A stretch of DNA of 64,000 nt from Gammaproteobacteria bacterium (GCA_030680605.1 JAUXUQ010000002.1:257536-321535); one strand, 5' to 3'. Numbered from the stretch's first letter, positions 51,329 through 63,156 are shown. Made by a program: numbers and translations. Notes: generated by a model not told the origin, from the sequence alone.

Positions 51329-52186
51329 ATGATAAATAAATTAACTATTATCGGCGTGGGATTGATCGGCGGCTCGCTCGCGCGCGCACTCAGGCAGGCA
51401 GGCGCGTGCCGGGAGATCGTCGGCAGCGGGCGCAACGCTGCACAACTGCAAAAGGCCGTTACGCTGGGTGTGATTGACCGCTACGAGACAGACCCGGCGG
51501 GCGCTGTGCAGGATGCCGACCTGGTCGTGCTGGCAGTACCTGTCGGTGCTACAGAGGCGGTATTGAAACAGATCCAGCCCATGCTTGCAGCGCACACCGT
51601 TATCACCGATACCGGTAGCGCCAAGGCAAGCGTGATTGAGGCTGCGCGTACAGTATTTGGTGAGGTGCCTGCGAATTTTGTGCCTGGGCACCCGATCGCA
51701 GGTACGGAGCAGAGCGGTGTCGAGGCCTCGTTTGCTGAACTGTTTCAGCAGCGCCGTGTGGTGCTGACGCCGCTTGCACATACCGATGCAGACGCCATCC
51801 GACAGGTGCGTGCCATGTGGGAGCAGGCGGGGGCCGAGGTGATGGAGATGGGCGCTGCCCGCCACGACGCACTGCTCGCTGCCACCAGCCATCTGCCGCA
51901 CCTGCTGGCCTATACGCTGGTCGATAGCCTTGCGCGCACGGAAAGTCATGACGACATCTTCCGCTTTGCAGCAGGCGGCTTTCGTGACTTCACGCGTATC
52001 GCTGCCAGCGACCCCGTCATGTGGCGCGACATCTGCCTTGCCAACCGCGATGCAATACTGACCGTGCTGGAGCGTTTCAGTGCTGACCTGGGGCAACTGC
52101 GCGCTGCCATCCATGCTGGTGACGGCGCACGCATCCTCGATGTCTTTGCCCGCGCCAAGCATGAGCGTGACCAGTTCAACGGTTGA
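51329..52186 (+). CDS. tyrA: Prephenate (arogenate) dehydrogenase
   Basis: NAD-binding GVGLIGGS, PDH catalytic His region (HPIAGTE). Confidence 0.85.
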   Translation: MINKLTIIGVGLIGGSLARALRQAGACREIVGSGRNAAQLQKAVTLGVIDRYETDPAGAVQDADLVVLAVPVGATEAVLKQIQPMLAAHTVITDTGSAKASVIEAARTVFGEVPANFVPGHPIAGTEQSGVEASFAELFQQRRVVLTPLAHTDADAIRQVRAMWEQAGAEVMEMGAARHDALLAATSHLPHLLAYTLVDSLARTESHDDIFRFAAGGFRDFTRIAASDPVMWRDICLANRDAILTVLERFSADLGQLRAAIHAGDGARILDVFARAKHERDQFNG

Positions 52187-52190
52187 TCGC

Positions 52191-53513
52191 ATGACGGTTT
52201 CTGCGCTGACATATCACGTAACGCCGGGTGGCGCACTGCGCGGGCGCGTGCGCGTGCCAGGGGACAAGTCCATTTCACATCGTGCCATCATGCTGGGGTC
52301 TGTCGCCACTGGCGTGACTGCGGTGAGCGGGTTTCTTGATGGAGAAGATTGCCTGTGCACGCTGGCGGCATTCCGTGCCCTGGGCGTGACCATAGAGCAT
52401 CCCGCTCCGGGCAAGCTCGTGATTCACGGTGTGGGGCTGCATGGCCTGAAGCCGCCCGTGGCGGCGCTTGACCTGGGCAATTCGGGTACATCGATGCGTC
52501 TGTTGTCGGGCCTGTTGTGCGGCCTGCCGTTTGACGTGACGCTGACGGGCGATGCCTCGCTGTCACGTCGACCCATGCGGCGTGTCACTGAGCCGCTGGC
52601 GCGCATGGGCGCACACATTGAAGCCACGGCGCAGGGCACCGCGCCGCTGCTGATACGGGGCGGGCAAGGGCTGACCGGGATTGATTATCAGTTGCCGGTG
52701 GCGAGTGCACAGGTGAAGTCTGCGCTGTTGCTCGCAGGGCTCTATGCGAGCGGTTCCATCTGCGTCACAGAGCCAGCGCCGACGCGGGATCATACCGAGC
52801 GCATGCTGCGCGGTTTCGGTTACGTCGTGGAACAGGAGGGTGCCACAGTGTGCCTGGCCGGTGGTGGTGAGTTGCACGCCACGTCGATTGATGTCCCGGC
52901 GGATATTTCATCGGCTGCATTTTTCATGGTGGGGGCCAGCATTGCGCCAGGATCAGATGTGATGCTGGAGCATGTGGGTATTAATCCGACCCGCATCGGC
53001 GTGATCAACATCCTGCGCCGCATGGGTGCGGACATCACGCTGCTTAATGAGCGTACAGTGGGTGGCGAACCGGTGGCGGATATTCGTGTGCGTGCTGCCA
53101 GTCTGCATGGTGTGCGTGTTCCGGAAGACCAGGTGCCGCTGGCGATAGATGAATTTCCCGCACTGTTTATCGCTGCCGCCTGCGCCACGGGCGAAACGGT
53201 ACTCACCGGGGCACATGAGCTGCGCGTGAAGGAAAGCGACCGCATCCAGGCGATGGCCGATGGGTTGGCGCAACTCGGGATTGAGGCGCGACCCACCCTT
53301 GACGGAATGGTGATCCAGGGCGGCAGGCTGGGCGGCGGGATGATCGACAGCCACGGTGATCACCGCATCGCCATGGCCTTTGCCATGGCAGCACTGTGTG
53401 CGCAGACCGCTATCTCCATTGCTGACTGCGCCAATGTGAATACCTCGTTCCCCGGCTTTGTCGGCCTTGCGCAGCGTGCGGGATTAGCGATCAGCAGCAC
53501 GGACGGCGCGTGA
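52191..53513 (+). CDS. aroA: 3-phosphoshikimate 1-carboxyvinyltransferase (EPSP synthase)
   Basis: [26 protein letters not shown] motifs. Start MTVSALTY five nt after the tyrA stop. The ORF-track start at 52080 is an overlap artefact. Confidence 0.9.
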   Translation: MTVSALTYHVTPGGALRGRVRVPGDKSISHRAIMLGSVATGVTAVSGFLDGEDCLCTLAAFRALGVTIEHPAPGKLVIHGVGLHGLKPPVAALDLGNSGTSMRLLSGLLCGLPFDVTLTGDASLSRRPMRRVTEPLARMGAHIEATAQGTAPLLIRGGQGLTGIDYQLPVASAQVKSALLLAGLYASGSICVTEPAPTRDHTERMLRGFGYVVEQEGATVCLAGGGELHATSIDVPADISSAAFFMVGASIAPGSDVMLEHVGINPTRIGVINILRRMGADITLLNERTVGGEPVADIRVRAASLHGVRVPEDQVPLAIDEFPALFIAAACATGETVLTGAHELRVKESDRIQAMADGLAQLGIEARPTLDGMVIQGGRLGGGMIDSHGDHRIAMAFAMAALCAQTAISIADCANVNTSFPGFVGLAQRAGLAISSTDGA

Positions 53514-54196
53514 GCCAGGCGGTTCCGGTGTTGACCATAGACGGCCCCAGCGGGTCGGGCAAGGGCACACTGAGCCGTATTCTGGCAGGGCGGCTGGGCT
53601 GGCACCTGCTGGACAGCGGGGCGCTGTACCGCCTGGTGGCATTGGCGGCCGAGCGGCATGGCGTGGCCCTGGATGACGAGGCCGCGCTGGCGGCCTTGGC
53701 ATTACAGCTGAATGCAGACTTTGTGGTGCAGGGCGACGACCCTGCGGCAGATCGGGTGCTGCTGGAGGGCCGCGATGTGGGGCAGGTGCTGCGCACGGAG
53801 GCGTGCGGTAACGCTGCCTCCCGGTTGGCTGCTTTGCCAGCCGTGCGGGCGGCGTTGCTGGAGCGGCAGCGGGCCTTTTGCCGGCCGCCGGGATTGGTGG
53901 CGGACGGGCGCGATATGGGCAGCGTGGTATTCCCCGCTGCCCGGCCCAAGATTTTTCTCACGGCAAGCCCGGCGTGCCGGGCCGAGCGCCGCTATAAGCA
54001 GTTGATCGAAAAAGGGTTGATCACCAATCAGAGCAGTGCTACCATGCCTGATCTTGTTGCCGAGATTACCGAGCGTGATGCGCGTGACAGTGCGCGTAGC
54101 GCCTCTCCCCTCAGGCCAGCGCCCGATGCCGTCGTGCTGGATACCTCCGGGCTTACCATCGAAGCTGTGGTGCAGCAGGTATTGAAGCTGCTGTAA
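53510..54196 (+). CDS. cmk: Cytidylate kinase
   Basis: P-loop [10 protein letters not shown]. 228 aa. Confidence 0.9.
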   Translation: MSQAVPVLTIDGPSGSGKGTLSRILAGRLGWHLLDSGALYRLVALAAERHGVALDDEAALAALALQLNADFVVQGDDPAADRVLLEGRDVGQVLRTEACGNAASRLAALPAVRAALLERQRAFCRPPGLVADGRDMGSVVFPAARPKIFLTASPACRAERRYKQLIEKGLITNQSSATMPDLVAEITERDARDSARSASPLRPAPDAVVLDTSGLTIEAVVQQVLKLL

Positions 54197-54339
54197 GGAC
54201 GGCGCAAGGCAGTATCAGACGTATTTGTTTTATATACAATTTTTTTAAGGGTGGTTTGCGCCGGATGAGTAGCGCAAACCGGTGATAATTTAACCGTCCG
54301 GGCAGGGCGTCCCCGTTCCGGCGAGAGGTTGTAAGATCC

Positions 54340-56016
54340 ATGAGTGAAAGCTTTGCACAGTTGTTCGAAGGCAGCCAGATCAACAAGTACATGCGTTCTG
54401 GCGCGATCGTTACCGGTACCGTGCTGCGCATACAGGATGACGTTGTCATTGTGGATGCCGGACTCAAGTCCGAAGCCTTAATCCCCGTTGAGCAGTTCCG
54501 CAACGAACAGGGCGAGATCGAGGTCGTGGTCGGTGACCAGGTCGATGTGGCGCTCGACGCCATCGAAGATGGCTTCGGCGAAACCAAGCTTTCGCGTGAA
54601 AAGGCCAAACGTGACCAGTCCTGGATACGACTGGAGCGGGCCTTTGAGTCAGGCGATGTCGTGAGCGGCCTCATCAGTGGCCGGGTCAAGGGCGGCTTTA
54701 CCGTCGAGATCAACGATGTGAATGCGTTCCTGCCGGGTTCGCTGGTGGATGTGCGGCCCGTGCGCGATCCGGGCTACCTGGAAGGCAAGACGCTGGATTT
54801 CAAGATTATCAAGATCGACCGCAAGCGCAACAACGTGGTGGTATCGCGCCGCGCGGTGGTTGAATCCGAGGGCAGTACTGAGCGCGATGCGCTGTTGGAC
54901 AGTCTGCAGGAAGGGCAGATGGTCAAGGGCGTGGTAAAGAACCTGACCGACTATGGTGCGTTTGTGGATCTGGGCGGCATCGATGGCCTGCTGCACATCA
55001 CCGACATGGCCTGGAAGCGCGTCAAGCATCCGGGCGACATCGTCAGCGTAGGCGACGAGATCGACGTCAAGGTGCTCAAGTTCGACAAGGAGCGCAACCG
55101 TGTCTCGCTCGGCCTGAAGCAGATGGAAGACGATCCCTGGGTCGATCTCGCACGCCGTTATCCGCAAGGAGCGCGACTGTTTGGCAAGATCACCAATATT
55201 GCCGATTATGGCTGTTTTGTAGAAATTGAAGATGGCGTGGAAGGTCTGGTGCACGTTTCCGAGATGGACTGGACCAACAAGAACGTACACCCCTCCAAGC
55301 TGGTGCAGTTGGGCGACGAGGTTGAGGTCATGGTGCTGGATATCGACGAGGAGCGTCGCCGCATTTCGCTCGGTATCAAGCAATGCCAGACCAATCCCTG
55401 GGAAGAGTTTGCCGCCACCCATAACAAGAACGACAAAATCACGGGCAAGATCAAGTCCATTACCGATTTCGGCATCTTCGTTGGGCTGGACGGTAGCATT
55501 GACGGCCTGGTACACCTGTCGGACATCTCCTGGAGCCAGCCGGGCGAAGAGGCGGTACGCAACTACAAGAAAGGCGATGACATCGAGGCGGTCATACTCG
55601 CCGTCGATCCGGAGCGCGAACGCATCTCGCTCGGCATCAAGCAGATGGATAAAGACCCGTTCTCCAACTTTGTCGCCGCACATCCCAAGGGGAGCATCGT
55701 GAAGGGCGTAGTCAGCGAAGTGGACGCCAAGGGTGCTGTGATACAGCTGGGTGATGGCGTCGAGGGCAGTCTGCGTGCCTCTGACCTGTCGCGTGACCGT
55801 ATCGAGGATGCACGCACCGTACTCAAGGTGGGTGACGAGGTCGAGGCCAAGTTTGTGGGCGTCGAGCGCAAAAGCCGTGCCGTCACACTCTCCATCAAGG
55901 CCAAGGACACCGAGGAAGAGGCCGAGGCGATGCAGGACTACAGCCGTAGTGGTGGCGGTGGTTCAACGCTGGGCGATATTCTGAAAGAGCATATGGGCAA
56001 TAAGGGCGAGGGTTGA
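54340..56016 (+). CDS. rpsA: 30S ribosomal protein S1
   Basis: Six S1 repeats. 558 aa. Confidence 0.95.
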   Translation: MSESFAQLFEGSQINKYMRSGAIVTGTVLRIQDDVVIVDAGLKSEALIPVEQFRNEQGEIEVVVGDQVDVALDAIEDGFGETKLSREKAKRDQSWIRLERAFESGDVVSGLISGRVKGGFTVEINDVNAFLPGSLVDVRPVRDPGYLEGKTLDFKIIKIDRKRNNVVVSRRAVVESEGSTERDALLDSLQEGQMVKGVVKNLTDYGAFVDLGGIDGLLHITDMAWKRVKHPGDIVSVGDEIDVKVLKFDKERNRVSLGLKQMEDDPWVDLARRYPQGARLFGKITNIADYGCFVEIEDGVEGLVHVSEMDWTNKNVHPSKLVQLGDEVEVMVLDIDEERRRISLGIKQCQTNPWEEFAATHNKNDKITGKIKSITDFGIFVGLDGSIDGLVHLSDISWSQPGEEAVRNYKKGDDIEAVILAVDPERERISLGIKQMDKDPFSNFVAAHPKGSIVKGVVSEVDAKGAVIQLGDGVEGSLRASDLSRDRIEDARTVLKVGDEVEAKFVGVERKSRAVTLSIKAKDTEEEAEAMQDYSRSGGGGSTLGDILKEHMGNKGEG

Positions 56017-56041
56017 CAGCTAACCCGCGCAATAAAAACGG

Positions 56042-56329
56042 ATGACGAAATCGGAACTCATAGACATACTGTCTGCCAAGCAGACGCATCTCGCGTACAA
56101 GGATATCGAGCTTGCCGTCAAGACCATGCTGGATCACATGGGGCAGGCCTTGTCGAGCGGCGAGCGTATTGAGATTCGTGGGTTTGGCAGTTTCTCCCTG
56201 CATTACCGCCCGCCTCGTATGGGCCGTAATCCGAAGACTGGCGAGCAGGTGCCGTTGTCCGGCAAGTACGCCCCGCACTTCAAGCCAGGCAAGGAGTTGC
56301 GCGAACGTGTCAACAACGGGATAAAATAA
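56042..56329 (+). CDS. ihfB: Integration host factor subunit beta
   Basis: 95 aa, HU/IHF fold ([22 protein letters not shown]). Confidence 0.9.
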   Translation: MTKSELIDILSAKQTHLAYKDIELAVKTMLDHMGQALSSGERIEIRGFGSFSLHYRPPRMGRNPKTGEQVPLSGKYAPHFKPGKELRERVNNGIK

Positions 56330-56374
56330 CGCCAGCGTGCAGCACGTGACGTTGTTCCGCCAGGTATCAAACGG

Positions 56375-56416
56375 CATGGGTTGCATGGCTCATGCCGTTT
56401 TTTTGTTGGAGACGGT
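56375..56416 (+). terminator. Rho-independent terminator after ihfB (AACGGCATG...CATGCCGTT + TTTTTT)
   Basis: 9-bp stem followed by a U-run. Confidence 0.7.
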
Positions 56417-56441
56417 GGTATAGCCCCGAGGGAAATCAGAA

Positions 56442-56735
56442 ATGTTGCGCATTATCCGATTGATCCTGTTACTCGTGATCGGCGTATCCGGGCTGGTTTT
56501 TGCCGCACTGAACACGGGCCCGGTCACGATCAATTACTATCTGGGCCTGTGGCAGGGGCCGCTCGCATTGGCACTCGCATTGGCAGTGGTGCTCGGCGCT
56601 CTGCTCGGCATACTGGCCTGTCTGGGGGGGCTGATAAAATCCAGGTATGAGCAGAGACGATTGCGTGCGGCACTCCAGCGCTGCGAGCAGGATGCAGCCA
56701 GCGCGCGGAAAGACTCACTGGTAGACATCACGTAG
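56442..56735 (+). CDS. lapA: Lipopolysaccharide assembly protein LapA (DUF1049)
   Basis: Two TM helices and a C-terminal coiled segment. Position upstream of lapB is conserved. Confidence 0.75.
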   Translation: MLRIIRLILLLVIGVSGLVFAALNTGPVTINYYLGLWQGPLALALALAVVLGALLGILACLGGLIKSRYEQRRLRAALQRCEQDAASARKDSLVDIT

Positions 56736-57889
56736 TGTGGACGTGGCTGGCACTGCTGTTGCCTGTTGCCGCAGCCTCAGGCTGGTGGCTGGGACGCAGC
56801 AGTTCACGGCGCTATGAGTCTCGTACCGACCTCACCCTCTCGTCACATTATCTCAAGGGCCTCAACTATCTCCTCAACGAGCAGCCTGACAAGGCGATTG
56901 AAGTATTTATCCGTGTGCTTGAGGTGGACAATGAAACAGTCGAGACGCATCTTGCGCTGGGCAACCTGTTTCGCCGCCGTGGGGAAACGGATCGCGCCAT
57001 CCGCATTCACCAGAATCTGATTGCTCGCCCAACCCTGAACCGCGTGCAACGCACCCAGGCATTGCTGGAGCTGGGCCAGGATTATATGCGTGCCGGTCTG
57101 CTCGATCGTGCGGAGAGCCTGTTTCATGAACTGATAGAGCTCGACGAACACATATTGCCAGCGCTACGGCAACTGATCGACATCTACCAGCAGGAGAAAG
57201 ACTGGGACAAGGCCATTACAACTACGCAGAAACTTGCAGCGGTAACCGGGCAGACTGAAAATCATGTGCTGGCCCAGTATCATTGCGAACTTGCTGAACT
57301 GGCCTCCACGCGGGGTGACTGTGCAACCGCAGAGCTCATGCTCAAGCACGCGCTGGGCGAAGACGCAGAGTGTGCCCGCGCCAGCCTGCTTCAGGGAGAT
57401 ATGTCGATCGCTGCAGGAGACTATGCGGGCGCCATCACGGCCCTCAAGCGTGTCGAGAAACAGGATCCTGAATACCTGTCCGAGATACTGGAACCGTTGA
57501 CGACCTGCTACCGTGCGCTGGGCCAGCATGAGCAACTCATTGAATATTTGAAGCAGGTGCATGCGCGTCATGGCGGGGTTATGCTGATGCTCGCCCTGGC
57601 AGAACTTATGAGCGCCCAGCACGGTAACAAAGAGGCTATCGATTTCATCTCCCGTCAGTTGCGGAACAGCCCTTCGGTACGTGGACTGGAGAAATTGATC
57701 GAGCTCAAGCTTGCTGCAGTGCAAGGCGAGGCGCGCGAAGATATGCTGCTGCTGCACGAGCTGACCAGCCAACTACGTAATGGTCATCCGGCATACAGTT
57801 GTGTCCACTGCGGATTTTCCGGAAAGGCGTTGCACTGGCAATGCCCCGGCTGCAAACAATGGAACACGGTCAAGCCGGTGCAAGGTTGA
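56735..57889 (+). CDS. lapB: Lipopolysaccharide assembly protein LapB (TPR repeats + C-terminal rubredoxin-like zinc site)
   Basis: N-terminal TM helix, TPRs, C-terminal [18 protein letters not shown]. Confidence 0.85.
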   Translation: MWTWLALLLPVAAASGWWLGRSSSRRYESRTDLTLSSHYLKGLNYLLNEQPDKAIEVFIRVLEVDNETVETHLALGNLFRRRGETDRAIRIHQNLIARPTLNRVQRTQALLELGQDYMRAGLLDRAESLFHELIELDEHILPALRQLIDIYQQEKDWDKAITTTQKLAAVTGQTENHVLAQYHCELAELASTRGDCATAELMLKHALGEDAECARASLLQGDMSIAAGDYAGAITALKRVEKQDPEYLSEILEPLTTCYRALGQHEQLIEYLKQVHARHGGVMLMLALAELMSAQHGNKEAIDFISRQLRNSPSVRGLEKLIELKLAAVQGEAREDMLLLHELTSQLRNGHPAYSCVHCGFSGKALHWQCPGCKQWNTVKPVQG

Positions 57890-57891
57890 AG

Positions 57892-58593
57892 ATGAGTGGC
57901 TCACGCATCATAGTTGCGCTGGATTACGCGTCACCCGCAGAGGCGCTGGGGCTGGTGGGGCGTCTTGAGCCAGCAAGCTGTCGGCTCAAGGTGGGGAAAG
58001 AGTTGTTTGTGCGCGGCGGGCCTGCATTGATCGAGAGGCTCGTGCACGACGGGTTCGAGGTGTTTCTTGATCTCAAGTTCCATGACATCCCGAATACCGT
58101 TGCCAAGGCGTGTGCCGCAGCGGCAGAGCTGGGTGTATGGATGCTGAATGTACATGCCCTGGGTGGGCGCAAAATGATGCTGGCTGCGCGCGATGCGATT
58201 ACCGCGTCGCGTACACCACCGATCCTGATCGCAGTAACGGTGCTGACCAGCATGGACGAGCAGGCGTTGGCAGAGACAGGTGTGGCGGGTACGGTGGAGC
58301 AGAGCGTACTGCGCCTTGCGACGCTCGCGCAACAATCAGGCATGGACGGAGTAGTCTGTTCGCCGCTCGAGGCGCCTGCGCTGCGACAGTCGCTGGGGGC
58401 AGGATTTTGTCTGGTGACGCCGGGTATACGTCTTCCCGGGGGCGAGACAGGAGACCAGAAACGGTACGCCACCCCGGCACAGGCCCTGCGCAATGGTGCG
58501 GACTATCTGGTGATCGGACGGCCCATTACAGCGGCGCAGGATCCGATGCAGGCGTTGCACGACATCAGCTCCAGTATCACGGCCCGGAGTTGA
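57892..58593 (+). CDS. pyrF: Orotidine 5'-phosphate decarboxylase
   Basis: [17 protein letters not shown], catalytic Lys/Asp motifs. The ORF-track start at 57799 is an extension into lapB. Confidence 0.9.
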   Translation: MSGSRIIVALDYASPAEALGLVGRLEPASCRLKVGKELFVRGGPALIERLVHDGFEVFLDLKFHDIPNTVAKACAAAAELGVWMLNVHALGGRKMMLAARDAITASRTPPILIAVTVLTSMDEQALAETGVAGTVEQSVLRLATLAQQSGMDGVVCSPLEAPALRQSLGAGFCLVTPGIRLPGGETGDQKRYATPAQALRNGADYLVIGRPITAAQDPMQALHDISSSITARS

Positions 58594-58594
58594 G

Positions 58595-59152
58595 TCAGCC
58601 CGGCTTTTTGACGGCGCCTTTCCGCTTGCGCGCCTGCTCAATGATGTCCTGATTACGGTTGATGAGGGCAGTATTGTTGCCCGCCAGGTTGTTGGATTTG
58701 GCGGCAAGACTGGCAGCCTGCTCGTAATCACCCTGTTGCAGGCGAACCTCGGCGAGGCGGGTCCACAGCTCGGGGTTGCGGGGTTCGAGCCGTAGTGCGC
58801 GCTCCAGTGTAGCCGCTGCGGTGTCATGCCTGCCTGCGCGGGCCTGCTGGGAGGCAGTGTCGAGCAGGGCGATGACAGCGGTGCTGGGCGGGGAGGACTC
58901 GAACGATTGCGATGGCTCGGGTTGGGGCAGGGGGGTGGCCGCCGTCGCACCTCCGGCCGCAGGATAAGGTGTTACAACGACAGCAGACTCCTCTGTCGAC
59001 ACAGCAGCCGTGGGGGTATCGGCGCCCGACTGAGGCAGGGGGGCCAGTGCGCGGTTTTCCACGGGCGCACGTATAGGCGCAAGTGAGCAGCCCGCCAGCA
59101 TGATCATGCCGAGACAGGCCAGCGACAGTTTCAGTGTGGGTGGTGTCATCAT
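58595..59152 (-). CDS. TPR-repeat lipoprotein encoded immediately downstream of mrcB; candidate LpoP-like PBP1B regulator
   Basis: Lipobox LAGC, Pro/Ala-rich linker, C-terminal TPR (ALRLEPRNPELWTRLAEVRLQQGDYEQAA). Arrangement mirrors the Pseudomonas ponB-lpoP operon. Confidence 0.55.
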   Translation of the reverse strand: MMTPPTLKLSLACLGMIMLAGCSLAPIRAPVENRALAPLPQSGADTPTAAVSTEESAVVVTPYPAAGGATAATPLPQPEPSQSFESSPPSTAVIALLDTASQQARAGRHDTAAATLERALRLEPRNPELWTRLAEVRLQQGDYEQAASLAAKSNNLAGNNTALINRNQDIIEQARKRKGAVKKPG

Positions 59153-59169
59153 TCCTCTCTGGCCTTACA

Positions 59170-61485
59170 CTAAAAAATGTTTTTCAGGAAACGGGAGAGT
59201 GGATTGCCCTGCTCGTGCGCGCAGGGTGCAAATTCCTGTGGTGCCGAGCCGGCGATGAACGGCAACTGTGCGACTTCGCTACATCCTGATCCGGCGCGTA
59301 AATGGGTGGCGGCGTCCAGTGTTATGGTTTCGATGTCGGTTGGCGGTACCGGGCGCAACGGCTGTGTGCCGATACGGCTTATGGTATCACCCCAGACGCG
59401 CAGAGCGCCGCTCGCGCCCGTCAATCCGATGGGGCGATTATCGTCCCGTCCCAACCATGCCACCATCAGGTGCTGCCCACTGAAGCCGGCAAACCAGCTG
59501 TCGCGCAGATCATCTGTGGTGCCGGTCTTGCCGGCGATGGCGAGGCTGGCCGGAATCTGGGTGTAAAGCGAACGCGCAGTCCCCATGCTGGTCACTTCCT
59601 GCATGGCGCTGGTGACAAGAAACACAGGCGCTGGCTCAAATACCTGTCTGATCGACAGGCCATAATGCTGCAGCGGTTCGCCCTTTGCGGTGAGCACTTC
59701 GCGGATGGCGCGTAGCGGCATTTGAAAGCCGCCGCTGGCGAGCGTCTGGTACATCTGTGCAACTTCGATCGGAGCGAGTTCCATGGCCCCGAGTAGCATC
59801 GACGGATAGGGAGGGATGGTGCGCTCAACTCCGAGCTTCTTGAGTGTGTTCACAACATTGGGTATCCCAACCTCGATGCCGAGTCGGGCAGTCGCCACAT
59901 TGAGTGATTGCGCGAGCGCTGTGTGTAGAGCGACTGGGCCGCGATATTCATGATCGTAGTTGCTGGGTGTCCAGACCTTGCCCCCCGGGTTCTTGACTGT
60001 GAGCGGGCTGTCATCAAGCTGTGTCGCCAGAGTGTATTTCTGGGGCTGCATGAGGGCGGTGAGATACACCGCCGGCTTTACCAGAGAACCGATCTGGCGC
60101 TGAGCGTCCAGCGCGCGGTTGAATCCGGAGTAGCGAGTATCGCGCCCCCCTACCACGGCCAATACTTCGCCATTTTCTGTGCGTGTTACCAGTGCTGCGC
60201 CCTCAAGCTTGCGGGCCGGGAGTTGATACTGTTTTTCCAGGCTTGCGATACGGGTACTCAGCGCCTTGTCCACACTGTCCTGTATCCGTGGATCGAGCGT
60301 GGTAAATATCTGAAGCCCCTCGGAGGTCAGATCCTCTTCCTTGTAATCGCGCTGTAATTGGCGTCGCACCAGATCCATGAAGGCGGGGTAGGGTGAAATC
60401 CCGCTGGGGGGGCGTTGGGTGACACCCAGCGTGGTCGCCTTCGCACTGGCCACTTCCTGGATGCCAAGGACACCTTCGCTGGCGAGGGTGTCGAAGATAC
60501 TATTACGCAAGGCCAGGGCACGTGCTGGGTGACGACGCGGATCGTAGAAGGATGCTCCGCGCACCAGCCCGACCAGCAGGGCAAGGTGTGCGGGCTTGAG
60601 CTCCGTCAGGGGGCGGTTGAAGTAGAACTGGCTGGCCAGCCCAAAGCCGTGAATGGCGCGTTTGCCATCCTGACCGAGAAATATCTCATTGAGATAAGCC
60701 TCGAGAATCTCGTCCTTGGAGTAATGTGCCTCAAGCAGCAGCGACATGAGGGCTTCATTAAGCTTGCGCCATAGTGTCCTCTCCGCGCTGAGGTAAAAAT
60801 TCTTGACCAGCTGCTGGGTAAGCGTACTGCCGCCTTGTACTGTGCTGCCTGCGCGCAGATTGGCCCATACCGCCCGCAGAATAGAAAACGGATCGATGCC
60901 GTGGTGCGCGTAGTAGTGACGATCCTCAATGGCGATCAGCATTTTGATCAGCAGCGGCGGGACATCGTTGATCTGCACCAGCACGCGGTCTTCGTGATGA
61001 GAGGGATAAATGCTGCCAATCAGCAATGGATCGAGACGCACCAGATCGACGGCAGTGCCGCTTATGGGGTCGCGTAGCATGCGCACGGTACCGCCATCGA
61101 ATTCTGCCTGTACTGAAACGGAAGACTCTGTGCCATCCCAGAAGCGGAAGGAGCGGGTCACGAAACGCAAGCCATTGGGCATGCGTACAAACGTTCCGGG
61201 TGTTTCCGGGCGCGCCGTATTCACATAGCCAAGATTGACCAACTCCTGGCTGAGCTGCTCGGCGGTGAGGTTGACGCCCTGGAACAGTTCCAGTGGCCGG
61301 GCATAGACGCGCGCGGGTAATGCCCAGCGCTTGCCTTCAAACTGGGTGCGGACGGTGTAGTCGAGATAGGCAACATAGGGTATGCCAATAACCAGCATGC
61401 CGAACATGGCGTAAAGCATAAGCCGCGCCCATGGCCCAAGGGCTCGTGAGGCGTGGGATTTATTGCGTGGTGGTCTGGCTGCCAT
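59170..61485 (-). CDS. mrcB: Bifunctional class A penicillin-binding protein 1B (glycosyltransferase + transpeptidase, with UB2H domain)
   Basis: N-terminal TM helix, UB2H-like region, GT51 motifs (EDRHYYAHHG, GGSTLTQQLVKN), TPase SxxK/SxN/KTG. Confidence 0.85.
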   Translation of the reverse strand: MAARPPRNKSHASRALGPWARLMLYAMFGMLVIGIPYVAYLDYTVRTQFEGKRWALPARVYARPLELFQGVNLTAEQLSQELVNLGYVNTARPETPGTFVRMPNGLRFVTRSFRFWDGTESSVSVQAEFDGGTVRMLRDPISGTAVDLVRLDPLLIGSIYPSHHEDRVLVQINDVPPLLIKMLIAIEDRHYYAHHGIDPFSILRAVWANLRAGSTVQGGSTLTQQLVKNFYLSAERTLWRKLNEALMSLLLEAHYSKDEILEAYLNEIFLGQDGKRAIHGFGLASQFYFNRPLTELKPAHLALLVGLVRGASFYDPRRHPARALALRNSIFDTLASEGVLGIQEVASAKATTLGVTQRPPSGISPYPAFMDLVRRQLQRDYKEEDLTSEGLQIFTTLDPRIQDSVDKALSTRIASLEKQYQLPARKLEGAALVTRTENGEVLAVVGGRDTRYSGFNRALDAQRQIGSLVKPAVYLTALMQPQKYTLATQLDDSPLTVKNPGGKVWTPSNYDHEYRGPVALHTALAQSLNVATARLGIEVGIPNVVNTLKKLGVERTIPPYPSMLLGAMELAPIEVAQMYQTLASGGFQMPLRAIREVLTAKGEPLQHYGLSIRQVFEPAPVFLVTSAMQEVTSMGTARSLYTQIPASLAIAGKTGTTDDLRDSWFAGFSGQHLMVAWLGRDDNRPIGLTGASGALRVWGDTISRIGTQPLRPVPPTDIETITLDAATHLRAGSGCSEVAQLPFIAGSAPQEFAPCAHEQGNPLSRFLKNIF

Positions 61486-61631
61486 CGCTGCAAGTATACG
61501 TTTTTATCATGGACTTGGCATCATGGAGTGCTTGATTTCAGCATGGGCGCGACGTAGTCTAGCCGCACGCAACAGCCTGCCGGGGAGTGGCATGCTGGCC
61601 TGGCTGATTCATTGCTAAGGAGAGTAATGGG

Positions 61632-62174
61632 GTGAGTTTTGGAAATCCCGCCGGCACCTGTACGTTGAGGCTTGCTGCCCTCGTTGTTACGCTCAGCTTC
61701 GAGCTTGCGGCCTGTGGCAGCGTGACGACACAGTCCGGGATGCGAGCGCCCGTGGACGTTCAGGCTGGAGACTCCTCCGGAGCTTCCGTCTCTGCGTCGA
61801 GCATCAAGGTGCTGAGTGTGGCCAGGGAAAAACTCGATAGCCCCTATCAATATGGTGGGGCGGGACCAGACAGCTTTGATTGTAGTGGGCTGGTGTATTA
61901 CGGCTATTTGCAAGCGGGTATCATACTGCCACGCACTGCACTCGCACAGTTTTCCCACACAACCCCAATCAGCGCGGATGAGCTCAAGCCAGGCGATCTG
62001 GTATTTTTCCGCCTGGGCGGCAGCCGTGTCTCGCACGTAGGCATCTACGAGGGTGGGCGCTCATTTATTCATGCGCCTTCCACGGGCAGAAGCGTGATGA
62101 GTGACAGCCTGGATAATCGTTACTGGCGTGAGCGCTGGGTTCGTGGCGGACGTATTGCCCTGGCATCACCATGA
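61632..62174 (+). CDS. NlpC/P60 (C40) family peptidoglycan endopeptidase lipoprotein
   Basis: Lipobox LAAC, catalytic Cys (DCSGLV), His (SHVGIY). Confidence 0.8.
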   Translation: MSFGNPAGTCTLRLAALVVTLSFELAACGSVTTQSGMRAPVDVQAGDSSGASVSASSIKVLSVAREKLDSPYQYGGAGPDSFDCSGLVYYGYLQAGIILPRTALAQFSHTTPISADELKPGDLVFFRLGGSRVSHVGIYEGGRSFIHAPSTGRSVMSDSLDNRYWRERWVRGGRIALASP

Positions 62175-63112
62175 CGCTGACGGAACTCCGTTATATTGTC
62201 GCGGTCGCACGCGAACGCCATTTTGGTCGTGCAGCGGTGGCCTGTCATGTCAGCCAACCGACATTGAGTGTGGCCGTACGCAAGCTTGAGGACGAACTGG
62301 GCGTCATGTTGTTTGAGCGCAATGCCTCCGACATTGCGATCACGCCGCTGGGCCAGCGCATTGTTGAGCAGGCCCAGCGTGCATTGGAGCAGGCGGAGGT
62401 GATCAAACACATTGCCCAGGAGGGCAGGGATCCATTGGTGGGGCCGCTGCGGTTGGGGGTGATCTACACTGTAGGCCCGTATTTGCTGCCACACCTGATT
62501 CCGGGTTTGCATCAGCGCGCACCACGGATGCAGTTGCTGCTTGAGGAAGGGTATACGGCGCATCTGGCGGAACAACTGCGGCGCGGCGACCTGGATGTCA
62601 TCGTAATCTCATTACCGTTTGCAGAAGCAGGTATCGTCACCCAACCTGTTTATGATGAGCCATTCAAGGTGGTACTGCCGGCTCAGCACCCGTGGAAGAA
62701 AGAGAAACAGATCAAGGCGCGGTCGCTGGCGAAGGAAAATCTGTTGTTACTCGGCGCCGGGCACTGCTTTCGTGACCAGGTGCTCAAGGCTTGTCCTGAG
62801 TTGAATCGCGCCAGTGCCAGCGGTAGCCTGCAGCGCACCCTGGAGGGAGGGTCACTCGAGACCATCCGCCATATGGTGGCCTCGGGCGCCGGGATAACCG
62901 TATTGCCCTGTACCTCGGTGCATGGCCATGAGGCGGAGGAGCACATGTTGGCAACCCGGCCCTTCGCGGAGCCTGTGCCCAAGCGTCGTATTGCGCTGGC
63001 TTGGCGCAGCAGCTTCCCGCGGCCGCAGGCGATTGAGACGTTGCGGGCCGCAATATATGGCTCGCCGCTACGCTGCGTTACCATGCTGGACAAGGCATCA
63101 CGCAGAAAATAG
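62171..63112 (+). CDS. oxyR: LysR-family hydrogen-peroxide sensor OxyR
   Basis: Near-colinear with E. coli OxyR, including both redox cysteines (GHCFRDQ...ACPEL) and the HTH SQPTLS. Confidence 0.85.
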   Translation: MTLTELRYIVAVARERHFGRAAVACHVSQPTLSVAVRKLEDELGVMLFERNASDIAITPLGQRIVEQAQRALEQAEVIKHIAQEGRDPLVGPLRLGVIYTVGPYLLPHLIPGLHQRAPRMQLLLEEGYTAHLAEQLRRGDLDVIVISLPFAEAGIVTQPVYDEPFKVVLPAQHPWKKEKQIKARSLAKENLLLLGAGHCFRDQVLKACPELNRASASGSLQRTLEGGSLETIRHMVASGAGITVLPCTSVHGHEAEEHMLATRPFAEPVPKRRIALAWRSSFPRPQAIETLRAAIYGSPLRCVTMLDKASRRK

Positions 63113-63126
63113 CAGTACCCGCGTTT

Positions 63127-63156
63127 TGTTATTAATAGTAAAAAACTATTAATAAC
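63127..63156. promoter_or_regulatory. Perfect 12-bp palindrome GTTATTAATAGT-AAAAAA-ACTATTAATAAC upstream of rubrerythrin; contains an ATAG-N7-CTAT OxyR-like half-site
   Basis: Read directly. Sits between oxyR and the rubrerythrin-rubredoxin pair. Confidence 0.45.
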
